Below are positions 17,977-26,843 of a stretch of DNA of 38,364 nt, one piece after another (position 1 is the first letter of the stretch; every line of letters starts with the position of its first letter). The DNA lies in IMG/VR virus record IMGVR_UViG_3300027826_000006; one strand, 5' to 3'. The notes beneath the pieces are model-generated. The model was not told where the DNA came from. It made no database searches and worked only from the letters and a program-made list of their open reading frames with translations. This stretch comes from a virus. The position numbers were made by a program, and so were the translations under genes.

Positions 17977-18482
17977 AAAGAACCATCGCGTTGAGTCTGT
18001 TTCTCCTACTGGCCAGCCTGACCGGCTTGGCACAATCCCAACCCGCGCGGCCTGCATGGTTGCACGATGCAGCAAGCGAAAACCCCACAGCTAAGTTGTA
18101 TAACGTGGATGCGCTCTATGCTGATCTGATCGAACCGGGTGGGGCCATTATGGCCGTCGCGGATTTCCCAACTCCGCCGCGAACCATTTCGCAGCATTCG
18201 GTTACCTTGGCGTGCTCTCCGCCTACCAGCGGCGGCACCGTTACCGGCTATAACTTCCTGCGTGCCACAACCAGCGGCGGCCCCTATACTCTGCTGACTC
18301 CGGGCACGGCAAGCACCTGCAATTACGTGGACACGCAAAGTTTGGTTGAAGGCACCACCTATTACTATGTGGCACAGGCAACCGGCCCCGGAGGTACAAG
18401 TGGCAACTCGAATCAAGCGAGCGCCACGGTGCCGTTTCTGCCTCCGGGGGTACCATCGGGTCTGTCGGCCAATCCACTCTAA
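17973..18482 (+). CDS. secreted fibronectin type III-like domain protein
   Basis: Signal peptide MKRTIALSLFLLLASLTGLAQS; FN3-like TVTGYNFLRATTSGGPYTLL ... TTYYYVAQATG. Confidence 0.55.
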   Translation: MKRTIALSLFLLLASLTGLAQSQPARPAWLHDAASENPTAKLYNVDALYADLIEPGGAIMAVADFPTPPRTISQHSVTLACSPPTSGGTVTGYNFLRATTSGGPYTLLTPGTASTCNYVDTQSLVEGTTYYYVAQATGPGGTSGNSNQASATVPFLPPGVPSGLSANPL

Positions 18483-18491
18483 CAACTGTAA

Positions 18492-18767
18492 GTGCGTAAA
18501 GAATTGAAATGGGACTTGCAGGCCGAATTAACAATCAGCCGTGGCCGGAAGGTCTACTTCCGGCTCACGCGCTGGTTTCCCTTTTCATGGATCAATCGAA
18601 GACACCGAGATAAAATCAACTCCTGCCTGCGCAAGATTCGCTACAAGAGTGAAGCCCATGCGGTAAACTGTGCATGGGAAAAAAAGAAGGGCCGCGTTGG
18701 TGCATACCAATGCGAATGCTGCGAGGGTTGGCATCTATACACCGTAAAACCAACTAAGCCACAATGA
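18492..18767 (+). CDS. hypothetical basic Cys-rich protein (CAWEKKKGRVGAYQCECCEGWH)
   Basis: ORF (GTG or TTG start). Confidence 0.45.
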   Translation: MRKELKWDLQAELTISRGRKVYFRLTRWFPFSWINRRHRDKINSCLRKIRYKSEAHAVNCAWEKKKGRVGAYQCECCEGWHLYTVKPTKPQ

Positions 18768-18770
18768 CGG

Positions 18771-18929
18771 GGTGCGGCGCTTGAACGAAAAAACGGCAAT
18801 CGGCGAATACGAGAAATTCCACCGGAATGGCACAACCGCATCCATCAGCTTTTTGGAGTGGCTGAAACGCGAGCAGATCAAGATCGTGGACATAGACGAC
18901 AAGGCGCAGTTTTGGATTAAGCCGAACTG
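18771..18929 (+). CDS. hypothetical small protein (52 aa, below the ORF-track cutoff)
   Basis: GTG start; clean hydrophilic composition; translation verified by hand. Confidence 0.3.
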
Positions 18930-19002
18930 ATATTCTCTTTTCATTCGCCTCCCTGTACAATCCTGAAAGCGGCGCAAGCCGTAATCTAATTTCAGGAGAA
19001 GT

Positions 19003-19149
19003 ATGAGTTTCAAATCCGTCCAGAAGTCCATTGCAAAGAAAGAAGGCGTTTCCAAAAAGAGCGCCGGGGCCATTCTGGCCAATTCGAGCCGCAACGCATC
19101 AGCCAAGGCCAAGAAGAAAAATCCCAAACTGAATCGCGTGAAGGGATAA
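19003..19149 (+). CDS. small lysine-rich basic protein (48 aa, below the ORF-track cutoff)
   Basis: Perfect RBS AGGAGAAGT-ATG; stop TAA at 19147-19149 verified. Confidence 0.45.
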   Translation: MSFKSVQKSIAKKEGVSKKSAGAILANSSRNASAKAKKKNPKLNRVKG

Positions 19150-19153
19150 TACT

Positions 19154-19432
19154 ATGTGTCCTGCCTGCGCCGGTCGCGGTGAAGTATCAGTCGGCATTAC
19201 TACCGATGTGGTTGAGTATGGCCCCGAGGTAGAAGGCTACGACTGGCGCGGCAATATTATCCGGCAACGCGCCGCCTATCCCACCAAATGTACGTTGAAT
19301 CCTGCCGCCTATGACAAACGCGCGAAGTGTGTGTGGTTTCTGGATGAGCCATACAATCTTTGGGGTAATGCGGTGTGCGCCGTTTGTCATGGTACCGGGG
19401 AATGTGGAAGCAACGCGACGCAATTGAGTTGA
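19154..19432 (+). CDS. DnaJ-type zinc-finger (CxxCxGxG) protein
   Basis: CPACAGRG and CAVCHGTG motifs. Confidence 0.5.
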   Translation: MCPACAGRGEVSVGITTDVVEYGPEVEGYDWRGNIIRQRAAYPTKCTLNPAAYDKRAKCVWFLDEPYNLWGNAVCAVCHGTGECGSNATQLS

Positions 19433-19659
19433 TGCAGCAGTACAAAGATGTAACCCCCTGCGCCGACTGTGGGGGGCACTACCGCTACTACCAGAAAGAA
19501 TTTGACCATCCCCCCGGAACCAAGGTCTATAACTTAGGCACCCACGGTAGAAAACTTACCGAAATAATGCTTAGGATCGAAATGGCTAAATGCGACGTGG
19601 TTTGTAAAAACTGCCACGCCGAACGTACCCACAAAAGGCAAACCCAAAAACGCAAATGA
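19402..19659 (+). CDS. small HNH endonuclease
   Basis: CADCG ... FDH ... N ... CKNCH arrangement (C-x2-C / D-H / N / C-x2-C-H). Confidence 0.5.
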   Translation: MWKQRDAIELMQQYKDVTPCADCGGHYRYYQKEFDHPPGTKVYNLGTHGRKLTEIMLRIEMAKCDVVCKNCHAERTHKRQTQKRK

Positions 19660-19892
19660 AACGTCTATCCGCTGGAAGTTGTACCGATGCACTCATGGAG
19701 GCGCTTGAACATGTAGAGGACATGCAGCACGTGGTTGTCCTCTTTGAGCCGGTTGAAGGTCACCCCGGTGGTTTCTTTACTGACGGCCAGTACACCGCCG
19801 CCGAATCGTTGTGGCTCGCGACCCGGTTTATTTCTTTCCTCACTCGCCACCCTTGCGCCTGTGAAGTCGATGAAGACGGAGATGGCGCATGA
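19656..19892 (+). CDS. hypothetical acidic protein (78 aa)
   Basis: ORF, ATGA coupling. Confidence 0.45.
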   Translation: MKRLSAGSCTDALMEALEHVEDMQHVVVLFEPVEGHPGGFFTDGQYTAAESLWLATRFISFLTRHPCACEVDEDGDGA

Positions 19893-20089
19893 GTGTAGTG
19901 GTTGTCATCGTTCTTGACTCGGCAGAGCGCTTTACTACCAGCCATGAGTTCTTTGTTTCGCGCAGCCGATTCGGTTATACAATTTTGAGCGTCGAGGCTT
20001 TTCGCCAATTACCGGAGGAAGCGCTTGCGTCACTGGTTCCACTTACCATTCCCCGGATGGCACTCGATCAACGGGGAGGCAACGCATGA
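19889..20089 (+). CDS. hypothetical protein (66 aa)
   Basis: ORF, ATGA coupling. Confidence 0.4.
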   Translation: MSVVVVIVLDSAERFTTSHEFFVSRSRFGYTILSVEAFRQLPEEALASLVPLTIPRMALDQRGGNA

Positions 20090-20463
20090 ACGAACAGCAG
20101 ACCAATGTACTTGTGCCACCAGTAGTGCCAGAACCTACGCCGGAGGAAGCGGGCGCGATTGTGGTTGTGCCATCTGCGGAGGTAGATGAACTGCGTGAAG
20201 AAATTCGGGCGCTGCGCGCCAAGATAGCCGAGTTCCACTATCAACCAGCGGTAGGTGACAAACTTAACCTAATTGGCTTGCGCGATACCCTGCTGGCGCT
20301 GCGCGATGCGACTTACTGCCCGCTTTGCCATTATCCCGAATGGGCGTCCGACCGCGCCACTCATTACCTTGAACCTTCGCCATGCAAGCTGGGCGTATAT
20401 ACTGAAGCCCTGCTGAAGATCGCACCCAAAGAAGGAGCCTCGGTCAAATGGCGCAAGGGCTAA
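20086..20463 (+). CDS. hypothetical protein (125 aa)
   Basis: ORF, ATGA coupling. Confidence 0.5.
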   Translation: MNEQQTNVLVPPVVPEPTPEEAGAIVVVPSAEVDELREEIRALRAKIAEFHYQPAVGDKLNLIGLRDTLLALRDATYCPLCHYPEWASDRATHYLEPSPCKLGVYTEALLKIAPKEGASVKWRKG

Positions 20464-20510
20464 GGCAACTCCCCTAAACTAACTTTCGTCGCGATTCATT
20501 CGCCCCGGAG

Positions 20511-20792
20511 TTGCCCATGCAAGAGACTACTTTTAGCGGCCCGCACGTATTAGGGTCGCTGGCTTTTGCCATCTTATTCACCCGCGAAGTATTCGATTTT
20601 GTATCCCGCATGAAAGGCGGGAAGAATGGCAAAAATGGCAATGGCCACGCCGGGTCACAGTCAGTCGATTATTGGAGAAACGAATTCCGCGCCGCCATTC
20701 GCGAGGAAGCCGCCACGCAGGAAGAGATGCTGAAAGATATCCGCGATGGCGTAAATGAATTAGTGATTCTGGAGCGCAGGCGACAGTCGTGA
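20511..20792 (+). CDS. small membrane protein (one TM helix plus charged C-terminus)
   Basis: Hydrophobic segment VLGSLAFAILF followed by a Lys/Gly-rich region. Confidence 0.45.
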   Translation: MPMQETTFSGPHVLGSLAFAILFTREVFDFVSRMKGGKNGKNGNGHAGSQSVDYWRNEFRAAIREEAATQEEMLKDIRDGVNELVILERRRQS

Positions 20793-20799
20793 CCATTTA

Positions 20800-21135
20800 A
20801 TGGACACAAATCGCCCCAGATGCACTATAATCGGGGCGATGCCTAAGCCGCTATTACTGGACGGCAAGCCATTGACGCAGGAGAGGCGTGCGGGGCCAGC
20901 TTTGAATCGAGTAATCGCCTTTCTTGAAACCCTATCCGACAATGAAGTGGTCACCTTGGCTGAGTTTGAGCAATACCACCTAATGAGCCGTGAGCGCATT
21001 AAGTCGGCGGCCAAGCACCATCCAGCCCTTGCCCCCTATAGTTATCTGGTTCCACGTGGTAGCGGTGGTGGTTATTACATTTTGGGCAGCAAGAAAGCAA
21101 TTGCCGCTGCCAAAAGGGTGTTCTCTAAAATTTGA
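20800..21135 (+). CDS. hypothetical protein (111 aa)
   Basis: ORF. Confidence 0.45.
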   Translation: MDTNRPRCTIIGAMPKPLLLDGKPLTQERRAGPALNRVIAFLETLSDNEVVTLAEFEQYHLMSRERIKSAAKHHPALAPYSYLVPRGSGGGYYILGSKKAIAAAKRVFSKI

Positions 21136-22172
21136 AAATTGCCGATCTGGCCGCAAAGACCAAAGCAGCAGAGAATGAACAGATTGAACATCTCCGGGCT
21201 AAGAGCGCCGAACTAGATAAAGAAGTTCGCCGCCTTCGCCAAATCATTGGTGAGCAACGCGAGATAGCTACCGGCCTCGTTGCCGCCGTGAAGGCCACCG
21301 ATCCCTTCCCGCGAATCGCGTGGAAGTCTCCCGCCAAGTCCGGCAAGCCCATCATCCCGGTGTTGAAATTGAGCGATCTACACATCGGTGAAGTTATCAG
21401 GAAGGATGAGACTGAAGGCTTTGGCGCGTTCAATTGGGACATTGCGCAAGAGCGTGCTGCCTACATTGTGAATAGCTTTCTGCGCTGGGTTGAGACGCAG
21501 CGATATGGTTACCGCATTGATGAGTGCTGCATTTTTGGCGAGGGCGATTACATCTCCGGCGACATTCACCGCGAGTTGTCTGTGACCGCCGAGTTTCCCG
21601 TGCCGGTGCAGACCGCTAAGGCTGGCTTGTTAATTGGCCATCTCATTTCGCTGATCGCCCCGCATTTCGCTAAGGTTACATTCCACCAAGTTGGTGCCGA
21701 TAACCACAGCAGGCTCAATCCAAAGCCGCAATTCAAACAGAAAGCACAGAACAGCTACAGCTATTTGGTGCATACCATCGCCGCACAGGCGTTGGCGAAC
21801 CACAAAAATGTTGAAATTGTAACCGCGACCGGAATCAAACATCTGGCCAGCGTCAATGGTTTTCGTTTCCTGATTGAGCATGGCGACACCGTGAAAGCCT
21901 TCATGGGCATTCCATGGTATGGGCTTGAGCGGTCGCGCGCGAGAGAGGCGACGCGGCGCATGAATACCGACAAGGGGTTTCACTATATGAGCATTGCCCA
22001 CTGGCACGTGCCATGCCTGATTGGCAATAGCATTGTAGTCAACGGCTCATTATGCGGAACCAATGAATTCGATCATGGGTGCGGCAGATATGCTGCCCCG
22101 GCGCAGGTTGCATTCATGGTTCACCCGGAGCACGGAATGTTCGGCTTGACCCCGTTTCGCACAGAAATTTGA
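21132..22172 (+). CDS. calcineurin-like metallophosphoesterase with N-terminal coiled coil
   Basis: MPP motifs: LSDLHIGE (D-x-H), GEGDYISGD (GD), GADNHS (GNH-like), IEHGD, AHWHVP. Confidence 0.6.
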   Translation: MKIADLAAKTKAAENEQIEHLRAKSAELDKEVRRLRQIIGEQREIATGLVAAVKATDPFPRIAWKSPAKSGKPIIPVLKLSDLHIGEVIRKDETEGFGAFNWDIAQERAAYIVNSFLRWVETQRYGYRIDECCIFGEGDYISGDIHRELSVTAEFPVPVQTAKAGLLIGHLISLIAPHFAKVTFHQVGADNHSRLNPKPQFKQKAQNSYSYLVHTIAAQALANHKNVEIVTATGIKHLASVNGFRFLIEHGDTVKAFMGIPWYGLERSRAREATRRMNTDKGFHYMSIAHWHVPCLIGNSIVVNGSLCGTNEFDHGCGRYAAPAQVAFMVHPEHGMFGLTPFRTEI

Positions 22173-22322
22173 ACTTTTTTCACAACCAAATCAACCAGAT
22201 GCAATTACAATGTTGACAGTAAGGCAGTAGGCCATGGCAGCATTAGGTAGTGGGGACTATCGTATGTTGCCATGGCTGATTGATTGTGATGACGCATTTG
22301 AGTTCTTTCTGGACATTGCCCA

Positions 22323-22625
22323 ATGGAAAAGAAACCAGACGCAAAATTTGAGCAAGGCTCAACCCGCTCCCACCACGCACCACGGTACGAACTACTCCCA
22401 AAAGCCGCGATTGACCGACTGGTAAAGCGGCTCGAAATAGGCGCTGAAATTCACGGCGACCACAATTGGCGCGGCGGCGGCCCAGAGTTCATTGCCGAAA
22501 CCAAGCGTCACCTTGTTGCTCACGTTCTCAACTTTAGCGAGGGCGATACCAGCGACGATCACCTGTCGGCCATCCTATGCAATGCCGCCTTCCTAGCCCA
22601 CTTTGAGGCTCAAAAGAAGCCGTGA
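22323..22625 (+). CDS. hypothetical protein (possibly nucleotide-binding; HGDHNWRGGGPEF)
   Basis: ORF coupled to the downstream HD-domain gene. Confidence 0.45.
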   Translation: MEKKPDAKFEQGSTRSHHAPRYELLPKAAIDRLVKRLEIGAEIHGDHNWRGGGPEFIAETKRHLVAHVLNFSEGDTSDDHLSAILCNAAFLAHFEAQKKP

Positions 22626-23224
22626 CATCCACCATTCAGGTTTACTCAGGCGGACTAATTGACCCGCTGCGGCCCAACCCGAGTGATATCCACATAGAAG
22701 ACCTAGCGCATGCCCTGTCCAATATCTGCCGATTCACCGGCCACACTTCCAGCTTCTACAGCGTAGCCGAGCACGCTGTCCGCGTCAGTGCGATCTGTCC
22801 GCCAAAAGATCAGTTCTGGGGCTTGAATCACGATGACAGTGAAGCCTATCTCTGCGATTTTGCGCGCCCCATCAAGCACCATCCACGCATGGCCATCTAT
22901 CGCGAAGCCGAAGAACGATTGATGCGCGTCATCGCCAAACGCCTTAGCTTGGAAATGCCGATACCGGAAAGCGTGAAGCGCGCCGACACCATCCTGCTGA
23001 TGACCGAATGCCGCGATCTGATGAAGCCGCTCCAGTGGGAGTGGAATAATGGCCTGCAACCATTGCAGGAAAGAATCGTTCCATGGCCACCACAAAAAGC
23101 CAAGGAAGCATTCTTGGCGCGCTTCTATGAACTGGCCGCCGCGCAGTTGAGGAACGAAAGACGAAGTGAGCAACGATACGCTGATCGCCGCCGCAAAACT
23201 AAGAGCCAAACAACTGGCGCTTGA
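22622..23224 (+). CDS. HD-domain phosphohydrolase (5'-deoxynucleotidase-like)
   Basis: H ... HD motif: HIEDLAHALSNICRF ... VAEHAVRV ... GLNHDDSEAY. Confidence 0.6.
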   Translation: MTSTIQVYSGGLIDPLRPNPSDIHIEDLAHALSNICRFTGHTSSFYSVAEHAVRVSAICPPKDQFWGLNHDDSEAYLCDFARPIKHHPRMAIYREAEERLMRVIAKRLSLEMPIPESVKRADTILLMTECRDLMKPLQWEWNNGLQPLQERIVPWPPQKAKEAFLARFYELAAAQLRNERRSEQRYADRRRKTKSQTTGA

Positions 23225-23594
23225 TTCCGCCTTGGTCTGCGCTGTCTGTGAACAGGAAAGCGCTTGGAACCCGTGGGCCATCCGTTACGAACCAGCGTTT
23301 TACGATGAGTATGTTCGCCCGCTCAAGTTGTCCTCCGACACCGAAGCACACATGCGCTCTGTCAGTTGGGGCTTGATGCAGGTGCTTGGTCAGGTGGCGC
23401 GCGAGCGCGGCTATCGCGATGAGTTGGCCAAGTTGTGTGATCCCGATGTAGGTCTGGCGGTCGGCTGCGATGTGCTGAAGGCCAAACTGGCCGAAGCTGG
23501 CGGCAACATCCATGACGGGTTGCAGCGGTACAATGGCGGCGGAAATCCGCTCTACGCGGAGCAAGTCATGGGCCGCATGGCTAAATTTGCCTGA
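23166..23594 (+). CDS. lytic transglycosylase (SLT domain)
   Basis: CEQESAWNPWA ... SWGLMQVL ... GLQRYNGG, the classic E-S / GLMQ / Y SLT signature; GTG start. Confidence 0.65.
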   Translation: MSNDTLIAAAKLRAKQLALDSALVCAVCEQESAWNPWAIRYEPAFYDEYVRPLKLSSDTEAHMRSVSWGLMQVLGQVARERGYRDELAKLCDPDVGLAVGCDVLKAKLAEAGGNIHDGLQRYNGGGNPLYAEQVMGRMAKFA

Positions 23595-23703
23595 CCCCCT
23601 TGTGCTTCCACAGCCAGCCGTGCAAGAATGCGGTTTAGTCAAGACGACTAGCCCGACGCGGGTTCCTCTCTCTCCTTCTCGGAAAACCTCCAAGTCCCGC
23701 GTC

Positions 23704-23732
23704 GGACTTCAAATTTGACAGGTTTCCAATCT
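23704..23732 (+). promoter_or_regulatory. consensus sigma70 promoter TTGACA-N17-TATAAT
   Basis: TTGACA at 23704..23709, 17-nt spacer, TATAAT at 23727..23732; about 165 nt upstream of the GTG at 23896. Confidence 0.65.
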
Positions 23733-23895
23733 CTCCCTATAATTCCTATCAATCGTTGTTGCTTTGCATTGTGCAATTGGGCTGCCGGGTGTTTGACTCC
23801 TTTCTACCGGTGGCCCAATTAAATTCAGGAGATTCAGTAATGACACAATTCAATTCATGGAGGTGCATATGGCAGAACCCTAGGTGAGGTGAATT

Positions 23896-24633
23896 GTGAA
23901 ACCACATTTCTCGAAACTCCTGACTGAAAAGGAGCGGCGCGGTTCTCGCAACCGGTCAGCCAAGTACCATCTTTCCATCCACAGCTACGATCCCGACCAA
24001 GACTACGACTTTCCATCGCGTGCGCCCATGTCGCGCAACGGGATGCCCTACGGTTATGACGGCAAGGAATTGTCCGATGTTCTCGGCCCACTCAAGGGCT
24101 GGCTCCGCAAGAACATTGGCCGCCCATGGAATGCGGTATATAGCGAAGCCTGCCGCAACCTTGACCGGCGCAGCGTAAGCGGCAATCACGTTTTCCAGCA
24201 CCTAATGGATTACGTGGAGACCAATTGCTGGATTGGCGCGGAAACCGGCAAGGTCTACAGCAATGGCCGTCGCGGCCCCACAGAAGTCTGGCGCGATTAC
24301 TACGTCCACCCATGGACTGGCCTGCTATGCAAAGCCCCAGACGGCCCATCGTGGCGTCGGCGCTATCCGCGCACCGCGCCAGATGACACCGTGAAAATTT
24401 CCGACAATGCCGAATACAAACAGATTGACGGCATCTGGTACTACACCGAATTCACTTGGGTGAAGCTGTACTACGGCGGCTATCAAGGCAAATGGCGCGT
24501 TGATGACACCGGGCGCGTTGTTGGTGGCTGGAATCGGCGCGGTGAAATGGAGCAAGTCATTCAAAAGAAACGCCAACTCTCCAAAAAAGAATTGCGCGGT
24601 CTAAAGCTACGTAATTCGCTCCCCCAACTTTGA
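23896..24633 (+). CDS. hypothetical protein (245 aa)
   Basis: GTG start after AGGTGAGGTG RBS; first gene after the consensus promoter. Confidence 0.55.
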   Translation: MKPHFSKLLTEKERRGSRNRSAKYHLSIHSYDPDQDYDFPSRAPMSRNGMPYGYDGKELSDVLGPLKGWLRKNIGRPWNAVYSEACRNLDRRSVSGNHVFQHLMDYVETNCWIGAETGKVYSNGRRGPTEVWRDYYVHPWTGLLCKAPDGPSWRRRYPRTAPDDTVKISDNAEYKQIDGIWYYTEFTWVKLYYGGYQGKWRVDDTGRVVGGWNRRGEMEQVIQKKRQLSKKELRGLKLRNSLPQL

Positions 24634-24661
24634 TAGTTTTGTTCCCGTAGGAGAAAGCCCC

Positions 24662-24907
24662 ATGTGGAACAAAATTACAATCTGGTGGAGCAAACTGCCT
24701 CACCCGGTACAGGCGGCCATAACCGCATTTGGTTCCGGCGTAGTAGGTGTGGCCAAACCGCTGCTTGAGCAGTGGTCATCCGGCCAAGCGTTTTGCACCA
24801 CCCATGCCTGCCTGATGAATGATCTAAATTCTGCCATCCACGCCGGGGTCATTGGCGTGGTGGCGCTGTACATCCCAGTTAATACCAAACCCAAGGAGTT
24901 GAAATGA
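24662..24907 (+). CDS. small membrane protein, possible holin (two TM segments)
   Basis: RBS GGAGAAAGCCCC-ATG; hydrophobic segments VQAAITAFGSGVVGVA and AIHAGVIGVVALYIPV. Confidence 0.5.
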   Translation: MWNKITIWWSKLPHPVQAAITAFGSGVVGVAKPLLEQWSSGQAFCTTHACLMNDLNSAIHAGVIGVVALYIPVNTKPKELK

Positions 24908-25491
24908 AGAAGTTACTAGCCCCAATTCTTTTGTGTGTCATGCTGAGTACCGGTTGCTCTACTTCATGGCTCTCGACCTTCGATAGCTATCTGTCGATTA
25001 TTGGCCCGGTGCTTACTCAGATTCTCGATATCGTTGCACTAGCGCAGGGCCAGCCACCCAACGCACAGTTGGCTGCCAAGATCGCCGCCGATCAGGCAGC
25101 GGCAAACAGCTTGGCCGCTTCAGTCAATTCGGCTACTGCGCAGAACGTGACCGGCGCATGCGCAGCATTCAATCTGGGCGTACAGACTTTTGCCGATGAT
25201 CTGACTCAGATTGAAACCATCGTGCAGATCAATAACCTGAATACGCAGGGCGAGATTGCGGCAGGCGTGGGAATCGCGCAGGCTGCCATGGCTGAAATCG
25301 AAGCCCCGATTGCTGCTTGCCAAGCCGCTCCTTCCCAGAAGGCTGCGCTACAAGTGCTGAAGTCGTACAGCTACAAATTGAAGGGTGGCGAGGATGTAGC
25401 GCGCCGCTTCAACGCTGTAGTGGATTCCAAGCACCACGTGCATTACCACTCCAAGTGGGTGCGCATTCTCAGCTTAGGGCATGAGCAGTGA
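24904..25491 (+). CDS. lipoprotein (lipobox LSTGC)
   Basis: MKKLLAPILLCVMLSTGCS signal peptide with Cys; Ala/Gln-rich helical body; ATGA coupling. Confidence 0.55.
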   Translation: MKKLLAPILLCVMLSTGCSTSWLSTFDSYLSIIGPVLTQILDIVALAQGQPPNAQLAAKIAADQAAANSLAASVNSATAQNVTGACAAFNLGVQTFADDLTQIETIVQINNLNTQGEIAAGVGIAQAAMAEIEAPIAACQAAPSQKAALQVLKSYSYKLKGGEDVARRFNAVVDSKHHVHYHSKWVRILSLGHEQ

Positions 25492-26267
25492 TCGCACGCG
25501 CCTACGGTCGTAAAACCCCGGCTCCGCTTCCGTCTCATCGGATGTTGAGCCGGGACAAAACTGCGACCACTCCGGTGGCTGTTGATTTGCGCAAGCACTG
25601 CGGGCCAGTTAAAAACCAGCAGAGTTTGGGCAGTTGCACCGGCCACACATTCTCATCTTCCATAGAGTGGATTTGCCGCGCCTACCTCAACAAGCAACCC
25701 GTGCTCTCCCCGCTCTTTTTTTATGCTGAGGAACTGATCGCGGACGGCAACTTCCCGAACGATGATGGGTCTGACGGCGTGACCGGCTGCAATGTCGCTG
25801 TCACGAAAGGTTGCTGCGAGGATTCGCTTTACCCGGACGCTTCACAGCAGATCAAACAGCCCACGCCAGAGATGTTAGCGAATGCGCTTGAATATCGCAT
25901 GGGTGCCTATCATGGCTTGACTGGTTCGGCGGTTGCGATCAGCGTGCTGGGCGACCCCACGCCATGGCCAGTGGAAATCGGTTTCATGGTATGCGCGTCA
26001 TTTGAAGGCGACCAGCTTGCCGAAACTGGAATCTATAATCCCGGCCCCAGCGAGTCCATCATCGGCGGCCATGAAGTGCTGGCCGTTGGCTATGATGTGG
26101 CTCCGACGCCAGTTCTGCGACCAGCAGAGTGCCCACCAGCATTTCTGATACAGAATAGCTGGGGCGAGGATTGGGCGCTAAAGGGCTATTTCTGGATGCC
26201 ACTCTCCGTGGCCGATGCTGCCGAGTCTGACCTAAAAATTGTCCACTCCGGCCATCCGTGGGTATAA
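25488..26267 (+). CDS. papain-like (C1 family) cysteine peptidase
   Basis: CGPVKNQQSLGSCTGH (Gln oxyanion plus catalytic Cys), GGHEV (catalytic His), NSWGEDWALKGYFWM (Asn-Ser-Trp-Gly). Confidence 0.6.
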   Translation: MIARAYGRKTPAPLPSHRMLSRDKTATTPVAVDLRKHCGPVKNQQSLGSCTGHTFSSSIEWICRAYLNKQPVLSPLFFYAEELIADGNFPNDDGSDGVTGCNVAVTKGCCEDSLYPDASQQIKQPTPEMLANALEYRMGAYHGLTGSAVAISVLGDPTPWPVEIGFMVCASFEGDQLAETGIYNPGPSESIIGGHEVLAVGYDVAPTPVLRPAECPPAFLIQNSWGEDWALKGYFWMPLSVADAAESDLKIVHSGHPWV

Positions 26268-26300
26268 TTCTCCTGTGGGCAAATCCCACTGGAGGATGAG

Positions 26301-26810
26301 ATGGCAAAGATTCTCGAACGGCAAGAACTGCAAATTCCCAAACAGGCAGACGTAGAAAAAGCCACCGCGCTGGCCGACAAGGCGTATGACCTTCTCGGTT
26401 ATCGCGGGCCACTGGTATCGAAAAAGGTCATTGGCCAACTCGGCCTAAAGTTGGCAGAACTGCACATCAAACCTTTCAACTACGAAACGGTTACTCAATA
26501 CAAGCGCTCACAAGCAAAAGCTGCGCGCACGGAGAAGCGCAAAAAGTTGCCCAGTGCATATTACCGCATCACTGTTCGCTGGGAACTGGTTGCCTTGGAC
26601 GGTTATCTCAGCGAGGTGCCAGAGTTCGCGCTGCGCAAGGCAATACAAGTTAAGGAAGCCATGCCCGAAGCAACTTTCTTTGTGGATGAATTGCGCGTCA
26701 ACACCAAGCGAATTGATCCGTTTTTGGTTGTGGCCCACAAGGGCGAGAAGTATTGGATTGAAGTTTGGAACGAAAAGAAATTTGAGGATGCTTTGATTGA
26801 TGGGGAGTAG
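26301..26810 (+). CDS. hypothetical protein (169 aa)
   Basis: RBS GGAGGATGAG-ATG; followed by a terminator. Confidence 0.55.
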   Translation: MAKILERQELQIPKQADVEKATALADKAYDLLGYRGPLVSKKVIGQLGLKLAELHIKPFNYETVTQYKRSQAKAARTEKRKKLPSAYYRITVRWELVALDGYLSEVPEFALRKAIQVKEAMPEATFFVDELRVNTKRIDPFLVVAHKGEKYWIEVWNEKKFEDALIDGE

Positions 26811-26817
26811 CCAACAG

Positions 26818-26843
26818 GCCCGCCCGAAACGGCGGGCTTTTTT
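26818..26843 (+). terminator. rho-independent terminator
   Basis: GCCCGCC-cgaaac-GGCGGGC plus TTTTTT. Confidence 0.7.
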
